Below are positions 63,940 through 64,000 of a stretch of DNA of 64,000 nt, in pieces. This DNA is from Eubacteriales bacterium (lineage in GTDB: Bacteria; Bacillota; Clostridia; Oscillospirales; CAG-272): NCBI GenBank assembly GCA_045594705.1, contig JAZNZB010000020.1:4451-68450 (forward strand), in the 5' to 3' direction. Positions within the stretch are counted from its first letter, which is position 1, and each line of letters begins with the position of its first letter. A program made the position numbers and the translations under genes. The notes beneath the pieces were generated by a model that worked only from the letters and a program-made list of their open reading frames with translations, searched no databases and had not been told where the DNA came from.

Positions 63940-64000
63940 GTGATATTCCGACTGCGTCGGAGTGATATTATCGCTGCCGCGATAGTGATATTGAAGCCTT
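63940..64000. repeat. Hairpin array, copy 3 (truncated by the window end)
   Basis: GTGATAT-TCCGACtgcGTCGGA-GTGATAT-TATCGCtgccGCGATA-GTGATAT-TGAAGCCTT... Confidence 0.8.

Overview
This is a high-GC Firmicutes (Clostridia) chromosome segment from an endospore former, probably Oscillospiraceae/Ruminococcaceae-like. That placement is inferred from the gene content: a complete spoIIIAA-AH operon, ytfJ/gerW, a dacB-like PBP and a CotH protein. Almost every gene from 171 to 51509 is on the minus strand, and every gene from 52344 to 63830 is on the plus strand. Conserved housekeeping blocks, all on the minus strand unless marked: Lrp-aminotransferase; a MutS-like ATPase with a PHP phosphoesterase; spoIIIA; rsfS-yqeK-nadD-yhbY-rdgB-ftsY-smc-radical SAM-rnc-trmFO-topA-dprA; infC-rpmI-rplT; and, on the plus strand, lon-engB-lysA-scpAB-ytfJ-dac-rluB. 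The unusual part is a ~21.5-kb, all-minus-strand cell-envelope island (about 13.9-35.4 kb) lying between spoIIIA and the rsfS/nadD operon. It encodes a 1257-aa CotH/RCC1 lipoprotein, six paralogous solute-binding-protein-like lipoproteins with no ABC permease or ATPase anywhere in the window, and an operon of four divergent paralogous single-pass surface proteins from a family I could not place. Several structured intergenic repeat families are also present: arrays of short hairpins spaced by GTGA[AT]AT, nested long palindromes, and a 282-bp element with terminal inverted repeats (TIRs). There is one orphan promoter-terminator unit that is a candidate sRNA. Two secreted proteins at the window edges share a Cys-containing C-terminal tripartite anchor. 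No rRNA, tRNA, CRISPR array, transposase or integrase was recognised. All calls come from reading the sequence and ORF translations by eye; no database search was run.
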